From Psammoneis japonica (lineage: Eukaryota), in the NCBI GenBank assembly GCA_008632985.1, contig QPGO01000037.1:434001-498000 (forward strand): a stretch of DNA of 64,000 bases. The letters are read 5' to 3'. The notes beneath the pieces are model-generated. The model saw only the letters and a program-made list of their open reading frames with translations. It had not been told where the DNA came from and searched no databases. This document shows positions 33,593 to 46,748 of this stretch, in pieces; the stretch's first letter is position 1; every line of letters begins with the position of its first letter. Made by a program: the position numbers and the translations under genes.

Positions 33593-36500
33593 TTATGAAA
33601 AACTTATATCGTTTTCGTGTGAAACTGCATTAGCAGCCGCGTCCAAACTCCATCGTGATTTTGATGGTTTCTGCTTCCGCTTCTTTCTCCTTGTAATCCC
33701 GTTTGGCAGAGATCTGCGCCGCTCTAAAACTGATTCCTCGTTAGACTTGACAAACGAATCGTTTTCGTCGGCTCGTGGCCTTTTTCCGAGAGAAGATGTC
33801 TTCTGTCGGGATCCCTCTAGCAGCTGCATTCTGAATGTGACTCGTTCCCGGTGCGCCTTCTCCTTCGCCGAATCTGTCTCTTGATCAAATATGCTGTCCG
33901 CCTTACCACGATCACCCATGATATCTTCGTCAAACGTTGAGTTGCACCGAGGATCGAGTCCCTCGTGCTCTTGGGTGCCTCTCTTCGTCTTTTCATGACG
34001 ACGGTGCTTCGGCTCTTGTATATTTTCACTATATCGACGTAACGGCTTTCGCTTCTGGCTGTCACCAGTAGGTTCAGAAGATGCGTGTTGTCGCCGCCGC
34101 GGGTCGAAGCTGCTTTCTGAGGTCTTGCTCACCTTTTGGTCCCTGCTTTGCGCGTGCGAGTTACGCTTCTTGGAATCACCCGGTCGTGGTATAGAGGACG
34201 AGTCCTTCAAATCTCGTCGACGACTCGTATATCCCTTCTCACGACGATTCTCCAACTCCAATCCGTTCATGCTCCGTCGACGTGGTTTTCGAGCCCTGTT
34301 TTCGTCCGCAGGAGCAAGTTGCTCTCTCCCTTCTACGATGCTTTCAGACTTTCTCCTTACCTTTGGCTTTTGGTTTCGTGCATGCGGCTCTTGTCTAGTC
34401 GATCCACTCGTTCGTTGCGAAACAGATGTAGATTCCCTCTTTTTGATTCTTTCATCATGGCCGTGTTCTCGATTCCATGGACGAGATGGCATACTCGCCG
34501 TATTGGCTCTAACTGAGGAACCATAAATGCGCTTTCTATCTAGATCGCCTTCAGATTTTCGTCTCGCTTTGGGTTTCGTACCTTTCTCTATGCCAGGACC
34601 AAGCGTTCCTGACCGTGAACACGTCGCGTTGAAGTTTCCTTCAAACTTTCCGGATACGAGCTATGTCTCCGTCCGTTTACACCCCTATGTACCCATGGCA
34701 GCGGAATTTTGTCCACCGATTCAACAATCTCAACTTTACAACCACGAAAAGCCTGGCTCGGCGGACGCGTTTGGTCAGCGACAAGGGCCCTCGCTTCGCT
34801 CCGAGTATCAACCAAGCGATTCGCTGCACCAGAGTCCTTCGCTTCAACTTGTTCACATCCGCTCCTCTTCGACTTTTTAGTTCCTTGACTGCTCTGTGAT
34901 GCTGGAGCAACAGAGGCGTCTGATAATTGCTCAAGAGAGTCTCGCGTACTATCTGGTTTGCGATTAGGTAGAAGGCGAGAAGATGTCGCGCTGCTGACTT
35001 GTCGGTCATGTTGAGCGTCAAGATTCAACCGCCCCTCGGCCACCACCGTGATATTGCCATTCAATTCATGGTTTGCTGGCTCCAGTGGGTCGTCTTCCGT
35101 TCTCTTCTGTAATGTATGGCTATGCTTACGATTTTTCTTGCTGCTTGAGACACCTAGTTGTTGGTCCTGCTTCTTCGTTGTTGTAATAGGCCGTTCATCA
35201 GCTTCTGCGCTAGACATCGGGTCGTTACTGCCGTTTGGAACCGAATTCAACGATCGCTCGGATGCCTTCTTCTGGTCTTGTTCAGTTTTTGGTTCTTTGC
35301 GTTTTCGAGATGGTCTTTTACTTCTGCCCCGTGCAGTGTCGACTGGCGGCGACAGGGACGATTGCCCCATATCTTGCGCGATCGCCTCCTTTGATGGCTG
35401 CACGTCGCGACCAGGCTCCGACCTTGTTACCGGCTCGTTGTCTCTGCCAGATGCATCCTTTTGTCGCTGCGCCCTGGCTGACGCACTCGTGTTTTCCACT
35501 TGTGCTTGCCCTCGAACACGCTTCCTGCTCGAGTATGGCTCTTTGACTTTTGAGACGATATCGTCCACGGAACGATTGGAGTCAGCTTGAGTAAGATTGC
35601 AGGCCGGACCCTCCCCTGATTTCTCACTAGGGGCCCTATGGCGTTTAGCATGCGAGGGTTGATGCGACGCCTGTACCAGAGTCCCCGCAGCTGTATGCAT
35701 TGCTTCTGACGGGTTTCCACAATGCTCCTTACTTTCCTTGGTCGAGCTGGTTTCATCATTATCAATAGCAGATCCCCGCTGGCGTCCAAGTAACGCCGTC
35801 TTTGACTGCGAAAATGATGCTGCCGTTGGTAGTGATCGGCGAGTGCGACTTCTGGACCGCGGTATCAGCCTGAAATGGTGGACTCGAGGCTGCACCCTTA
35901 CAGTCTCCTGTCTTGGATATCGTTCAGGTGAATGTCGGTTCCTTAAGGGTCTCTCTCTTAGATTTTCAGTCGTATTGTGACGGTCGACTGGTGCTGGAGC
36001 AGTAGCTCGAGAGGAAACTTGAGGACCATTAGGATCTCGATCATCTCTAGACTGTGACTTTGAGCTTTCCGTGTAGACTCGACGTGGCGCTGCCATGCCT
36101 CTCGCTGTGCCACCTGGATCGTCATTGCTAGACTGTGGACAGTCAAGCGCTGCTTCGTTGGAGGTGCGGGTAGTCTCTACCACTGCGGGAATCACCGGCT
36201 CGCTGGTCATTGGATCCTTTCGCGATCCATCCCTCGCTTGCGGTGACGCCTGAAAATCAACATCTTCTTGAGTTTGTTCGGGCTCCACATTATCTCGTAC
36301 TTGTTCTTGGGTCAACGGCATTTGAATTCCCTCACTTTCTGCCGACAATGGCTCGCATGACGACGAATGCTCGTAAGAATCCTGCACGTCTTGATGCTCC
36401 TCCAAAGGTCTATTTCGAGAACCGAAAGCCGTCAAAGAGAGGTTCTGTGCTTGTTGTGGTTGGTGTTTTGTGCGACTACGTTCGACTGGACGAGATGCTA

Positions 36501-37188
36501 AAGCTGAATGTCTTGCCAATTCTCGGTCACACCACTCGGTGCAATCTTCATCGTCACTGGAATCTTCTGTAAAGTAAACCGGCAGATTACCCTCGTACCT
36601 TTTGGCGGAAGAGCGTATAAATCGAACACGCTTTGCTTGAAAATTACGATTCCATTCGTTTGGTAGATGCTTTTCCAATAGCTCTTTCGGTTCACTCTCC
36701 ATCAGGGAATGTTGTTGTTGATTGAGCTCTCTTGTACCACCTCCAACGACCATGACTCGATCGACAGATATTTGGCCGCTCAAATTCACAATCTGCATAG
36801 ACCCCGCTTCTCCCAACCAAAACGGCAAAGCATCAATGTGACCACAGTCTTTCCACTTGTTGGTGTTGCAGAGAATCAACTCGTTGCTCCAATTGATTTG
36901 TTTCAGCGGCGCTACCAAAATGTACGCGTGTCCCTGTTTTTGTATTTCCTTTTTCGATTGCATCCAATGACCGACAAAGGACTTTGTAGCTTGAAAGGCT
37001 GCCACGATTCGAAAGACGTCGTTGTCCCAACGACAAACGTCTCCGACAGAAAACAGAGTTCCACCAAGCCAGAACTGATCAAAGTACAATCGACCCAAGT
37101 CTTTGGAGTATCCCAGAGTAGTGACGCTGTTCCATCTTACCGAAGTCAAGTGTAAGCGAACGCCTTTTGGAAGAGGTTCGTTTGGCAT
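33593..37188 (-). CDS. Large hypothetical protein: globular (possibly BAH-like) N-terminus + long S/R/K/E-rich disordered region; frameshift near 34.6 kb
   Basis: ORF 34588-37188 (866 aa) and ORF 33593-34492 have the same composition and lie in series. N-terminus 'YFDQFWLGGTLFSVGDVCRW...FRIVAAFQ'; basic NLS-like clusters. Confidence 0.6.
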
Positions 37189-37488
37189 GTTGGTTTTATA
37201 ATAGAATTGCTTTCATTAGCCTCTCGAATCGCAATCTGAAACATCAAAACTTGAAAACAACGCCATGGCCGAAAATTGGTTAGTGTTTTCCAGCATCAGT
37301 GCATCATGCGAAGCCGACGCACAGACGTTGTTGGAGGGAGAAAAATTGGCGCGGCGTCGCAAGGGTTTTAGAGATCATGGAGCTCGAATAGCTTTATTCA
37401 GAGAGATAAAAAAATTGTTTCGACCATACGAGCTACTTCCAACAGTATCATTCCGAACGTGACTTCGCCTCACTTCTTCTGTTCCACC

Positions 37489-39360
37489 ATGACATCAACA
37501 GCGCCGCCGCCGTCAGACCATTCGTACGACATTGTCATTGTGGGTGGCGGTCCTTCGGCTCTGGGACTTTTGCGAGGCTTATTAGAACGTATTCCCGTGG
37601 GTAGTACGGAGGAGAGTGAAGCACCCAATTATACAATCGCCGTAATTGACCGTGGCAAGGCAACGCCATCACTCAATAGAAGAAATGTCAAGACTGGTAT
37701 GCTCTGGCACACTCGAACGAAAATGTACTCGAGTCTGTTCCCCAAGTTGCACTTTGAATCGCATAATTGATGTACCGGTTGGCTCATCGTTGGGAGGAGG
37801 AACAAATATCAATGCATGCTTGTCACGAAACCAAGCATGGATGATTTTGAGAATTGGTCTGGTCGTTGGAAAGGCGGACACCTCTTGATGGACGCGTGCA
37901 ATACATGGTTGGTTGCTTGGAAAAGGCGGGCTGTTGTGTTGTAAAATGGATCAAGAATTCAAGAGACAGTGTTGTTGCAAAACGATTGGAACTGAAGAAC
38001 CGCAAACATTCCGGGAAGCTGTCGACACTACGAACTGCTTCCCTCGCCTCGTCTCGTCTGTTCCAATGGCTATGCGCAAAACCGATTCTGGAGAGTATCG
38101 TCGGATAAGCTATTATGAAGCATTATCCAAATCTATTGCAAGAAAGACCTGAACTACGAAAATCGTTACATTCTACACGAACGTTCAAGCTCAATTGATT
38201 CTATTCAACAACACTCGAGCTACAGGCGTCCGGTGCACAGTTTCTGACACGAGTTTTGAAATTGTTGCACGAAAACAAGTCATTCTGTCTTGTGGTGCAA
38301 TCTACACTCCGGCGCTGCTCATGGCTTCGGGAATTGGTGATTTGAGACGGTTGGAATCGTTGGGAATCGCGCCCGTACAAGAAAACAAGGGCGTTGGAGG
38401 CAATTTGCGGGATCATGTGCTCGTGCCACGCCTCTTCTTGTCGTGGCAGAGGCCGGGCGTAAACTCCAAAAGTGCTATTCGGGTATTTACAATCTCAATG
38501 TTGCGTCCAATCATGACAAGTCGAAAGGAGCTGAAGCCGAATCATCGCATCGATTTCAATTTCACATTCTCGACGGATCCATCCTTTGCCAGATATTTCC
38601 ATTTGTTTGTGCGTCTGTTTTCCGAGTGGATTGTGCATCACACGACAAGCGGTGGTTGGTCTCATTGAAAAGGGCCATATCCAATTCCATGGCTACTGTC
38701 GTCAAGGCAGCGGTTACAGTTCTTGCAAGGTACACTCCAATTGGATACATGCTACGCTATCATGCATTTGGTTACACCGCATGCCTTCTCAATCCAGTTT
38801 CGACAGGAACAGTGTCTCTGCAAAGAAAAGACAACACCCCAAGCACGGAGCGGCCGTCCATGTTGAGTGACTTTGATGTGCTGGTGGATCCAGGCTATCT
38901 CTCCAACCAAGAGGATGTCAAAGCTCTTGAATCAGGCTTTGAAGCTACCAACACGTTAGACTGGTTTCGTCGAGAAGACGGTTTCATTGAGCTATGTCCG
39001 GGCTGGCTCTTTCGAACGCTGTTTCCGTTTCTCTTTGGGTACACAGGCTGGCTCCGTCAGTATATTGCTGCCTGTTCGTGTCCTTATTTTCATTGGTGTG
39101 GCACGTGTGCCATTGGAGACGTGGTCAATGACGAGCTGCAAGTCCGAGGAGTTGACGGATTGCGAGTGTGCGACGCATCCGTCTTTTTGAATTGCCTATC
39201 CTGTCCCACGTCCTTGACTTGTGCTGCTCTTGGATACGCCACAGCTCCTCTTGTAATCAAAGACTGTGCATACAAGGGCAATGATACAAAACAGCGAGAG
39301 AGATACGAGAACCGCATGGACGATGAAAAATCTATATTTATGGAATTGACGATGAATTGA
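37489..39360 (+). CDS. GMC family FAD oxidoreductase (several frameshifts)
   Basis: 'YDIVIVGGGPSALG', 'GSSLGGGTNINA', 'KQVILSCGAIYTPALLMASGIG', 'VGGNLRDH', 'YFHWCGTC', 'VDGLRVCDAS'. Confidence 0.88.
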
Positions 39361-39390
39361 GCTTCAAATACCATTACCGAATCAGCCACG

Positions 39391-42300
39391 TCAAGATCTA
39401 TCAAACCCAAAGATGTTGTCTTCGTTTGCATGGTACTTGATATCCAACCTCTGTCCAGCAAACGAGTAACCGTCCGTTCTGGTAATATCATATATGAACC
39501 CCGGATGTTGGAACGAGACATACATGTGCCGTGCATCTGGACTGAATGCTAGTCCCGTCGTTTCGCCATAGACGGAGCCGCTGCAGGTCAAAAATGAACC
39601 AAGCATGAGGAAATAGTGGCGGAGAGAAGGTACGGACAAAGGGGCTGTTTCTATCCTGCACTCACCCTGGGATGGAATCAAGAATGGTGTAAAAGTTGCC
39701 GGACGAATCACGGCCGTGAACGCCACACACATCACCTATATAAATGGTAAAAAAACGATTGTGAGCACGAGATGCTACGCGATCGGTTTACGAGGGACTC
39801 TTTTGAGTTCTCTGCCGACCTACCTCCGTCTTCGCAAAAATAAAGAATGCCCTCGTCACCGCCCAAAATGCGAGCAACTTGGTCAGGGCTCTTGTCAAAA
39901 GCACCCGACCTAGTCGATTGTCTTTCGTACGTGAAATTGTCCAAATCAAAGATAAAGAGGTGCTTGTACCTTTTGCAGGTCACAAACATAGTTCCGTCAC
40001 GTATATCTATGCCCTCTGACTTGGGATAGTACTGGAAAGCATTTTCTCGAGCCAACGACAAGTCTCCTGTCCAGGTGAAGGTTCCTGACGTATTTGAAGG
40101 ATCGGGCGACAGGAGAAGATACTCAATCATGGCTGTTCCGGTTGAGTTGTCGTGAAGCAGATTGGAATAGTCTGGAGGATCTTCAAGAATACCAGAGGCA
40201 GCATCAGGAGTGAACTTCCGCAGAGGACCATAAGACTTGTCCGTCGTAACGTAGAACGTCGGATTGGTTTCATTGCGACTGTCGTAGGCAGCACTCTCAT
40301 ACTTGTCGCCGAGACCGCCCATTATGGTACGCCTTCCAGCAGTGTTGCCCCAAGGATCGACTTCCCAAACTTGTCCACCTGGATTGGAAATACGGTAAGT
40401 CGCAACACGTGTGAGACAATCGGTCGTTCCACGCACCAATTTTATGCCAGCTTGCTTCTTACCTTCGACCTCTTCGCAAGTAAGCCAGGTGTTGTACCAC
40501 GTTTTGCCACCTCCACAGTTCCGGCGCGTATTGTTAAGAAGTCTCTTGTAACCGACGACCTCGCCTTCTGAATCGAATGTGATTGCTCCTACTCCACCTT
40601 CGCTGTTACTTTCCGAATTCGAAACGTAAATCCACCCTCCAGTCTCAGAGTCAGCAAAGACTGCCCCGCCATCTGGTAGACGATGAAAAGGTTCGTCAGA
40701 CTCAGATCCGTCAGCGTACTCGACCTTTTCTCCAGCGATAGCAATGCGACGAGCTGTGAGTCCAGTTGAAAGGAGTAGCTCGTTTTCAATTACTGATGCT
40801 TGACCAGGTACATATGTCACCGGCCCATTCACCGGAGGCCGATGACAATAGGAAGCACCGTAGACATCTCCCATCCCACCTGTAACACATCCAACGACGG
40901 GTTCATCGCCAGACCTAGAAAGGCAAACGAGGTCTTCTTGGCAATTGTCATCTTCGCTATAGCAATCACCTTCACATTTGCCGCACTTGGAGGTTGGGCT
41001 GCAGGCGTTTGTAAAACGAAGGGAGTTGGGGAACTCAGGCTCTGTAATGAATGGAGCTTGTGAAGGAGGGGGGCTGGGCGAGTCAGTCTCGGGAGTTGTG
41101 GGAGACAGTGTTGGAGAAGGGGAGGGAGGAGATGTAAAGTCATCGCACGTGATTGTTTGTCCAGCGTTGACAGTACCCTTCGTTTCGCTCCTTGAGTCTT
41201 GCCACACAAAGTCGCTGTAAATACATCCAACACCTCCAAGTTGAAGCGACGTTCCCACCGGAGCTCCATTTTCATTCACGCCGACGTCCGCCGACGTCAT
41301 GTTGACTGCAGCACCATTTTTTGCTAGAAAGGAACCCTCGTACGAAATAAACTGCACAGCTTGGCCATAGGGATCCACAAGCGCGATCCCGTCGCCTTTG
41401 CCGCCTCCTCCACCTTGCTGCATGGGTGTTGCATCCACATGCCAGAACGATACACCATCGGTGGTACTTCCAAATGTCGCGTTTTCAAGGCTTATAGTGC
41501 GCAAGACTCTCCCGATATCTCCGTTATAGAGCTGGATGCTGTAGGCAGAGACAGCTGTTCCAGCAGGGAAGGCAAGCTCCAAAAATTCGCCGACATCAAT
41601 TCCGCTATTCTCGTAGTGCATCTCATTTATGAATGTGCGCAACCCCAGACTCCGAGGCGGAGGCGGCAACACACCAACGGTAGGCACGGGTGTCGGCTGA
41701 GGCGGCAACACGTCCACAGAAGGTACGGGTGTTGGTGGAGGCGAAGACGGCGTACTAGTCTGACACGAGATTATCTGACCCGCGTTGACAGAGCCAAAAG
41801 TCTCTTGCCGGGGGTCTTGCCAGGCAAAATCCTCGTAGACGCATCCGGTTCCTCCAAGCTGTAGTGAATGTGCAACTGGATTCCCGACTTGCACAACCCC
41901 AATATTTGTTGAGGTCATTCCGGCAGCAGCACCATTTGCAGCTGTAACAGTTCCCTCGTAGGACAAGAACTGCACAACCTGACCAGCGCCATCCACCAAT
42001 GCAAGTCCATCGCCCTCCAACCCCCCGTTCTGAAGGGGAAAGACATTCATATGGCAAAATGACAACCTATTTTGTGGAGTTCCCTCCGTGCAACTCGTGA
42101 GGGAAACCGACTTGTACATGTTACCATTGCCCCCGTTGTAGAACTCGAGGCTATATTCTAGAATGTTCACATTGCTAGGATGCACAATCTCAACACCCTC
42201 CCCGACATCATCGCCCTTGTTGGCATAGTGAAACTCGTTCACAAACACTGGCGTGGTGGACTAGAGTAGATGATTCAGCAGATACGAAACACGAAAGTTG

Positions 42301-42455
42301 TCAGCGAAAGAATGACTCGTGCGATGTCTGCCATGATCTTCGAATAAGCAATTTTCACTTACTGAGACGTTTCGCTCACCAGCTCTGGAACCAACATGTC
42401 TAGTCGCAAAACAAAAAGGCAAGAGCAGATGCAAGAGACAGTAACGGAGTTTCAT
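39391..42455 (-). CDS. Secreted PhoX/DUF839-type alkaline phosphatase fused to two LTD-like domains and a Cys-rich domain (multi-exon)
   Basis: Signal peptide 'MKLRYCLLHLLLPFCFA'. Two repeats 'FVNEFHYANKGDDVGEGVEI' / 'FINEMHYENSGIDVGEFLEL', Pro-rich linkers, then 'CGKCEGDCYSEDDNCQEDLVC'. PhoX motifs: 'PDGGAVF', 'YVSNSE', 'RNCGGGKTWYNTWLTCEE', 'FCEDGG', 'GETTGLAFSPD'. Confidence 0.85.
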
Positions 42456-42792
42456 TTTCGTGTTGTGATCGAATTGTGAGCAGCGTAAAGAAAACAAGTC
42501 TTTTGGACCGCTGACTCATGACTACCACAAAAGGTCATCTTAGTCGTGTGGCTAGACTTTAATTTTTTTCGTTTCGATCTTGCGGGAAAGAAAGGAGTGC
42601 ATCACGCTGATCAAACACGTTCACACATGCATCTTGAGATATAGCACTGGGAGAGAAGATGTCCAAATATTTACGCCCTCGTGGGATCAAAATGGTCATG
42701 GTATCTTCACGCATGCATCATGTACATCTTCGGAGAGTCGTCAGTGCTCAACGGTCGCGACTCACTCAGCGTTCATCATGGTGCAAACTTGC

Positions 42793-43131
42793 TCTAGACA
42801 CCACTTAGTGCTACTCTCTAGTAGAGGTAGCTCCACTCTCGTTAGTACTAGAGGGTACTGTACCGGTACCGGTAGGGCCCTTACAGCAGCAGTAGCTAGC
42901 TAGCTAGCTACTACAGTAGCTGCCATGCTCTCTACTCTACCAGCTCTTGCTCTAGCTACTAGTAGTAGCTAAAGTACTCTACTCTCTATGACAAGAGAGT
43001 TAGTCGAGTACCGGTAGGTACCGGTAGGGCCCTCTACTACTAGTAGAGCTACTAGAGTAGAGAGTACCGGCAGATACCCTACTACTGTAGTAGCTACTCT
43101 CTAAGAGTACATAGGTAGGAGCAGGTAGCTA
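42793..43131. repeat. TA-hyper-rich low-complexity tract built from CTAG/GTAG/CTAC/GTAC words
   Basis: Examples: 'AGTAGCTAGCTAGCTAGCTACTACAGTAGC', 'CTACTCTCTAGTAGAG', and 'TACCGGTA(GGTA)CCGGTAGGGCCC' twice (42861, 43009). Confidence 0.8.
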
Positions 43132-43644
43132 CCAACAACTGGAAACGTGCCTTGCGAGCTCCATGCAACGGTAAAAAATCTTTTGAGTCGAAATGGAGTG
43201 TAAGATTTTAAGTACTTTAAAATAATTATTCAAATAAAAGAATTATTTTATTCTGAATACGAACATTTATGAAATTATTTAGAGGGGGGCCGTTGAGAAT
43301 TTTTTCAGAAAATTTGATTGACAGGATCGATAAGTATTTTTATCTTTGTGAATATAGATAACTATTAAAGATTCTTGGTATTAGAAAGATGTTTGTCCCA
43401 CATACGTTCCCCTCATTCGTTGCGTAAAAGTGTACCATACCAACGTAACGGCAATATTTTGGATGTGTTCACGAAACTTTGACACAACACAAAATTTCGT
43501 AATCCCGCGGGTGTTGACACAAGACAGAGGATCTGTTCGTTCATGTCAACGTGAAGGGAGTTGACACCTTCAACAATTTTTCGAAAGCTTGTCAATTCAC
43601 ACAAATTCGTTTCATCAATAAAATCAATTTATTCACGTACAACC

Positions 43645-45069
43645 ATGAACGCATCAGGCCAAACGGAGACCATTGAAAAGACTATGAAGGGCTCACCTTT
43701 TGCCACGCGGTTGGCTTTTGAAAATGCTGAATCGCCGGCACTTCCCGACCTTGCCAAGTCCTACGTCGATACCGAGTCCTCTACCTCAAATGACTCGATG
43801 GAAATCATGGGAGCACCGTTGGACGACTCTGCTGTCGTCACGAGCGAGAATTGCATCTGTCGTTTAGAATGTACCGCGCAACAGTATGCATGGGGCAAGA
43901 TGGATCATCCGCTCTCGTGGCTCGTATGAAGGCCTCTCAGAGTCCTGGATTTTCGATCCAAGAAGAAGGGCCCTACGCAGAGCTGTGGTTGGGAACCCAT
44001 CCCAATGGCATGTCTGAAGTTGTCTTTTCGAATGGGGAAAAGTTGCCTCTCCTAGACTACGTCCGCAAGGCACCCGTTCTTCACTGTGGCGTCGGTGACA
44101 ATGCTTGCGACTTGTCGTTTCTCTTCAAGGTGTTGTCGATTCGAAAGGTGCTTTCTATCCAGGCTCATCCTGATCGGGCCTTGGCAGAACAGCTTCATGC
44201 CGAAAGACCCACGGTTTACAAGGACCCGAACCATAAGCCGGAAATGGCCGTGGCACTATCGGACGACTTTGAAGCCATGTCTGGCTTTCGTTCAGTCAAG
44301 GAGATTGCACACATGTGCAAGAATATGCTGAGTTTGCCGCTTTGATCGAAGACGATGCCAAGCGGGTCTGTTTCAGGCGGATGCCGAGCCTCGTGAAGTA
44401 CTAAAGCGTGTCTTTCGCAGTTACATGGAAGCCGATGATAACGTGATTCAGCGAGAGCTCAAGACTATGCTTGCTCGCCTTGGAGCTAAGGAAGGCCTGA
44501 ACGATTGTGATGAGTTGATTTTACGACTTGCTGATCAGTTCCCTGGAGACTGTGGCATTTTTGCGCCGCTCCTTTTCAACCACCTCAAGTTAAAAAAGGG
44601 AGAAGCGTTTTATATTGGCGCCAACGAGCCTCATGCCTATATTCAGGGAGAGATTCTAGAATGTATGGCTTGCTCTGACAATGTCGTACGCGCCGGGTTG
44701 ACGCCCAAGCTTAAGGACGTCGACACTTTGGTGAATATGTTAACGTACGAAACGTCGGTCCCATCGATTACTCGAGGAGAGAAGTTGAAAGACGGCTCGC
44801 GCTTGTACAAGCCGCCAGAGGGAGTTGATGACTTTTGCATGGAAATTGTAAACATTCGCCCGGGGAAATCCTTTGAGTTTAGTCATGTTGCTTCTCCCTC
44901 TGTCATTCTCGCGCTGGAGGGGTCGGGCACCTTGGAACAAGGCACAGTCCAAAGCCTCGATGTGGACTTTGGTAAGGCTGCCTTTATGAGCTCTGATACG
45001 AGAGCTACAGCTGTCGCCGGTAATCAAGGATTGCGTCTTGTCCGAGCACGTTCCAATGTCTCTTACTAG
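43645..45069 (+). CDS. MPI: Mannose-6-phosphate isomerase, type I (frameshifts near 43900 and 44320-44400)
   Basis: 'QQYAWGK', 'PYAELWLGTHP', 'FLFKVLSIRKVLSIQAHPD', 'YKDPNHKPEMA', 'NEPHAYIQGEILECMACSDNVVRAGLTPK'. Confidence 0.93.
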
Positions 45070-45468
45070 GTAGACGAATGGCTGGGGGGCGTATGGGAAC
45101 AAGACCTGTCGTGAATAATCACAGACACGATGTCCCACGTGCGAGAAATGTAAAGGCTCTCTTGTACGTTAAGGCGGGAAACAATGTAGAGTTTCTTATT
45201 GAATCACAATAGTACTCTTCCTAGAAATCGTTGCGTTATACAATCGCTTCTTTAAATTGTCTTGCCGCGACTCCCTCTGGTCTCTCTCGCCGCGCTGGAT
45301 GCGCCAGAGAGAAGATGGATTTGAATGTCAAATGACTGATTTGAGGCAAGGTACTCCCGGCATGGGAAGTCTGTCGGTTGTAGATGCGCACTACAAATGA
45401 ACAGCATGAGGCGATTTGTCGACTACGGTAAAACACTTCTCAGCATACATTCTCTCTAGAGATTATCG

Positions 45469-46318
45469 TTACTCACTACCCTCGTAAACCATGCAATTAT
45501 ACGAATACGCCAGGGTGCTCGTATTCGCCTTGTCTTCTTTGACATCAAACTTGTATTGTTTTGCATGAGTATATCCCATCTTTTTGTAATACGCCACATT
45601 GTCATTGTGGCACTCCAAATAGAGTGGCTTGTTACCAGCAAAGGCCTTGGCAGTCTGTAACAATTTCGTCCCTACACCCTTGCCTTGTGTGTCCTTGAAC
45701 ACACCCAAAGTGAGAACATACCAATGCGGAGTATTACACATGACTTGATGATGCTTTTCTGGTACTTGACTGGTGAAGGCATCAAAGCGCTCCTGCGCAC
45801 CACCTCCCATTGAGTTGGTCACGGGCATTCCAAGGGGAATGACAGCCCGGAAGAAATGCAATGTGCATAAACGTTGGCTTCTATAAGGAGGAACCAATGC
45901 CAATACTCCGAGAATCTTTCCAGGATTCGCTTCGTGGGTTCTCGGTTACAACAAGAATGTGAGCGTACAACTCGGCAAATCGAATGACACACTCCAGCAT
46001 GTAGTCCGTCACGGCCTTGTGTTTTGCTTGAGCTACTTTTTGCTCATCGGAAGCATTGACATCCTTGTTTTCAAAGTCAATTTTCGTCAATTCGTCTCCG
46101 GCGACAATCCATTGAAAGTCGTTTCCCTTGAGAAAGGCCTCCTTGACACCCTGATGTTCCTTGTTGCCCAAAGTCTGCACAATGCGAACATTGGATGGAA
46201 TGCCGGGAATGTCATCCAAATCCTTGTCAGTCAGTCTTGGTGCTGGTCGACGAAACAGCTTGTAGAGTCCAGCGGCAACCACAAGGCTTGTTCCTGCAAT
46301 GACAATGGAAGATGGCAT
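45469..46318 (-). CDS. GNAT family N-acetyltransferase with N-terminal membrane anchor (frameshift near 45920)
   Basis: 'WYVLTLGVFKDTQGKGVGTKLL', 'PLYLECHNDNVAYYKKMGY', N-terminal 'SSIVIAGTSLVVAAGLYKLF'. Confidence 0.82.
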
Positions 46319-46748
46319 GTTGTTCTTGTTCTCGTAGTAGTGAACAGAAAAAAATGAGAAGCAAAATGTGAGCGCGGAACCCACCTTTGGAATACCTACT
46401 GTGGAATTCATCGGACAAATGAATCCTTCGACTAAGATTAATCAAGAGTCGACTTCATCGACTCAATCATTTCCGCACTGCCTGTTGGTTTCGATTGAAT
46501 GGTCCAACTGGGCCAACCGCCACACCACCCCAAAAATGACTTTGCGGTGACTTGTGCAAAGAAGGCAAAACGCATATGCATAACGCCAAACACTGCAGTG
46601 CATTTGTCGTTGTCATTGTATGCAAGAGGTGATTGAGTGTAGAGACAGCCACATTTGAAAGTATCGAAAGGTCTTGGAAGAGTATTGAATCATAGAATAT
46701 TCTGAAAGTTCTTTCAGGTATTTTCTTCTACTGTAGTTTCAAAACAGA

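Noticed and set aside
43165..43400. AT-rich patch as a diatom-type low-GC centromere
   Set aside because: It is only ~240 bp and lies in a divergent promoter region, so support is insufficient.
43851..44425. Programmed ribosomal frameshifting in MPI and other genes
   Set aside because: The shifts are numerous, lack slippery-site or pseudoknot context, and are better explained by sequencing indels.
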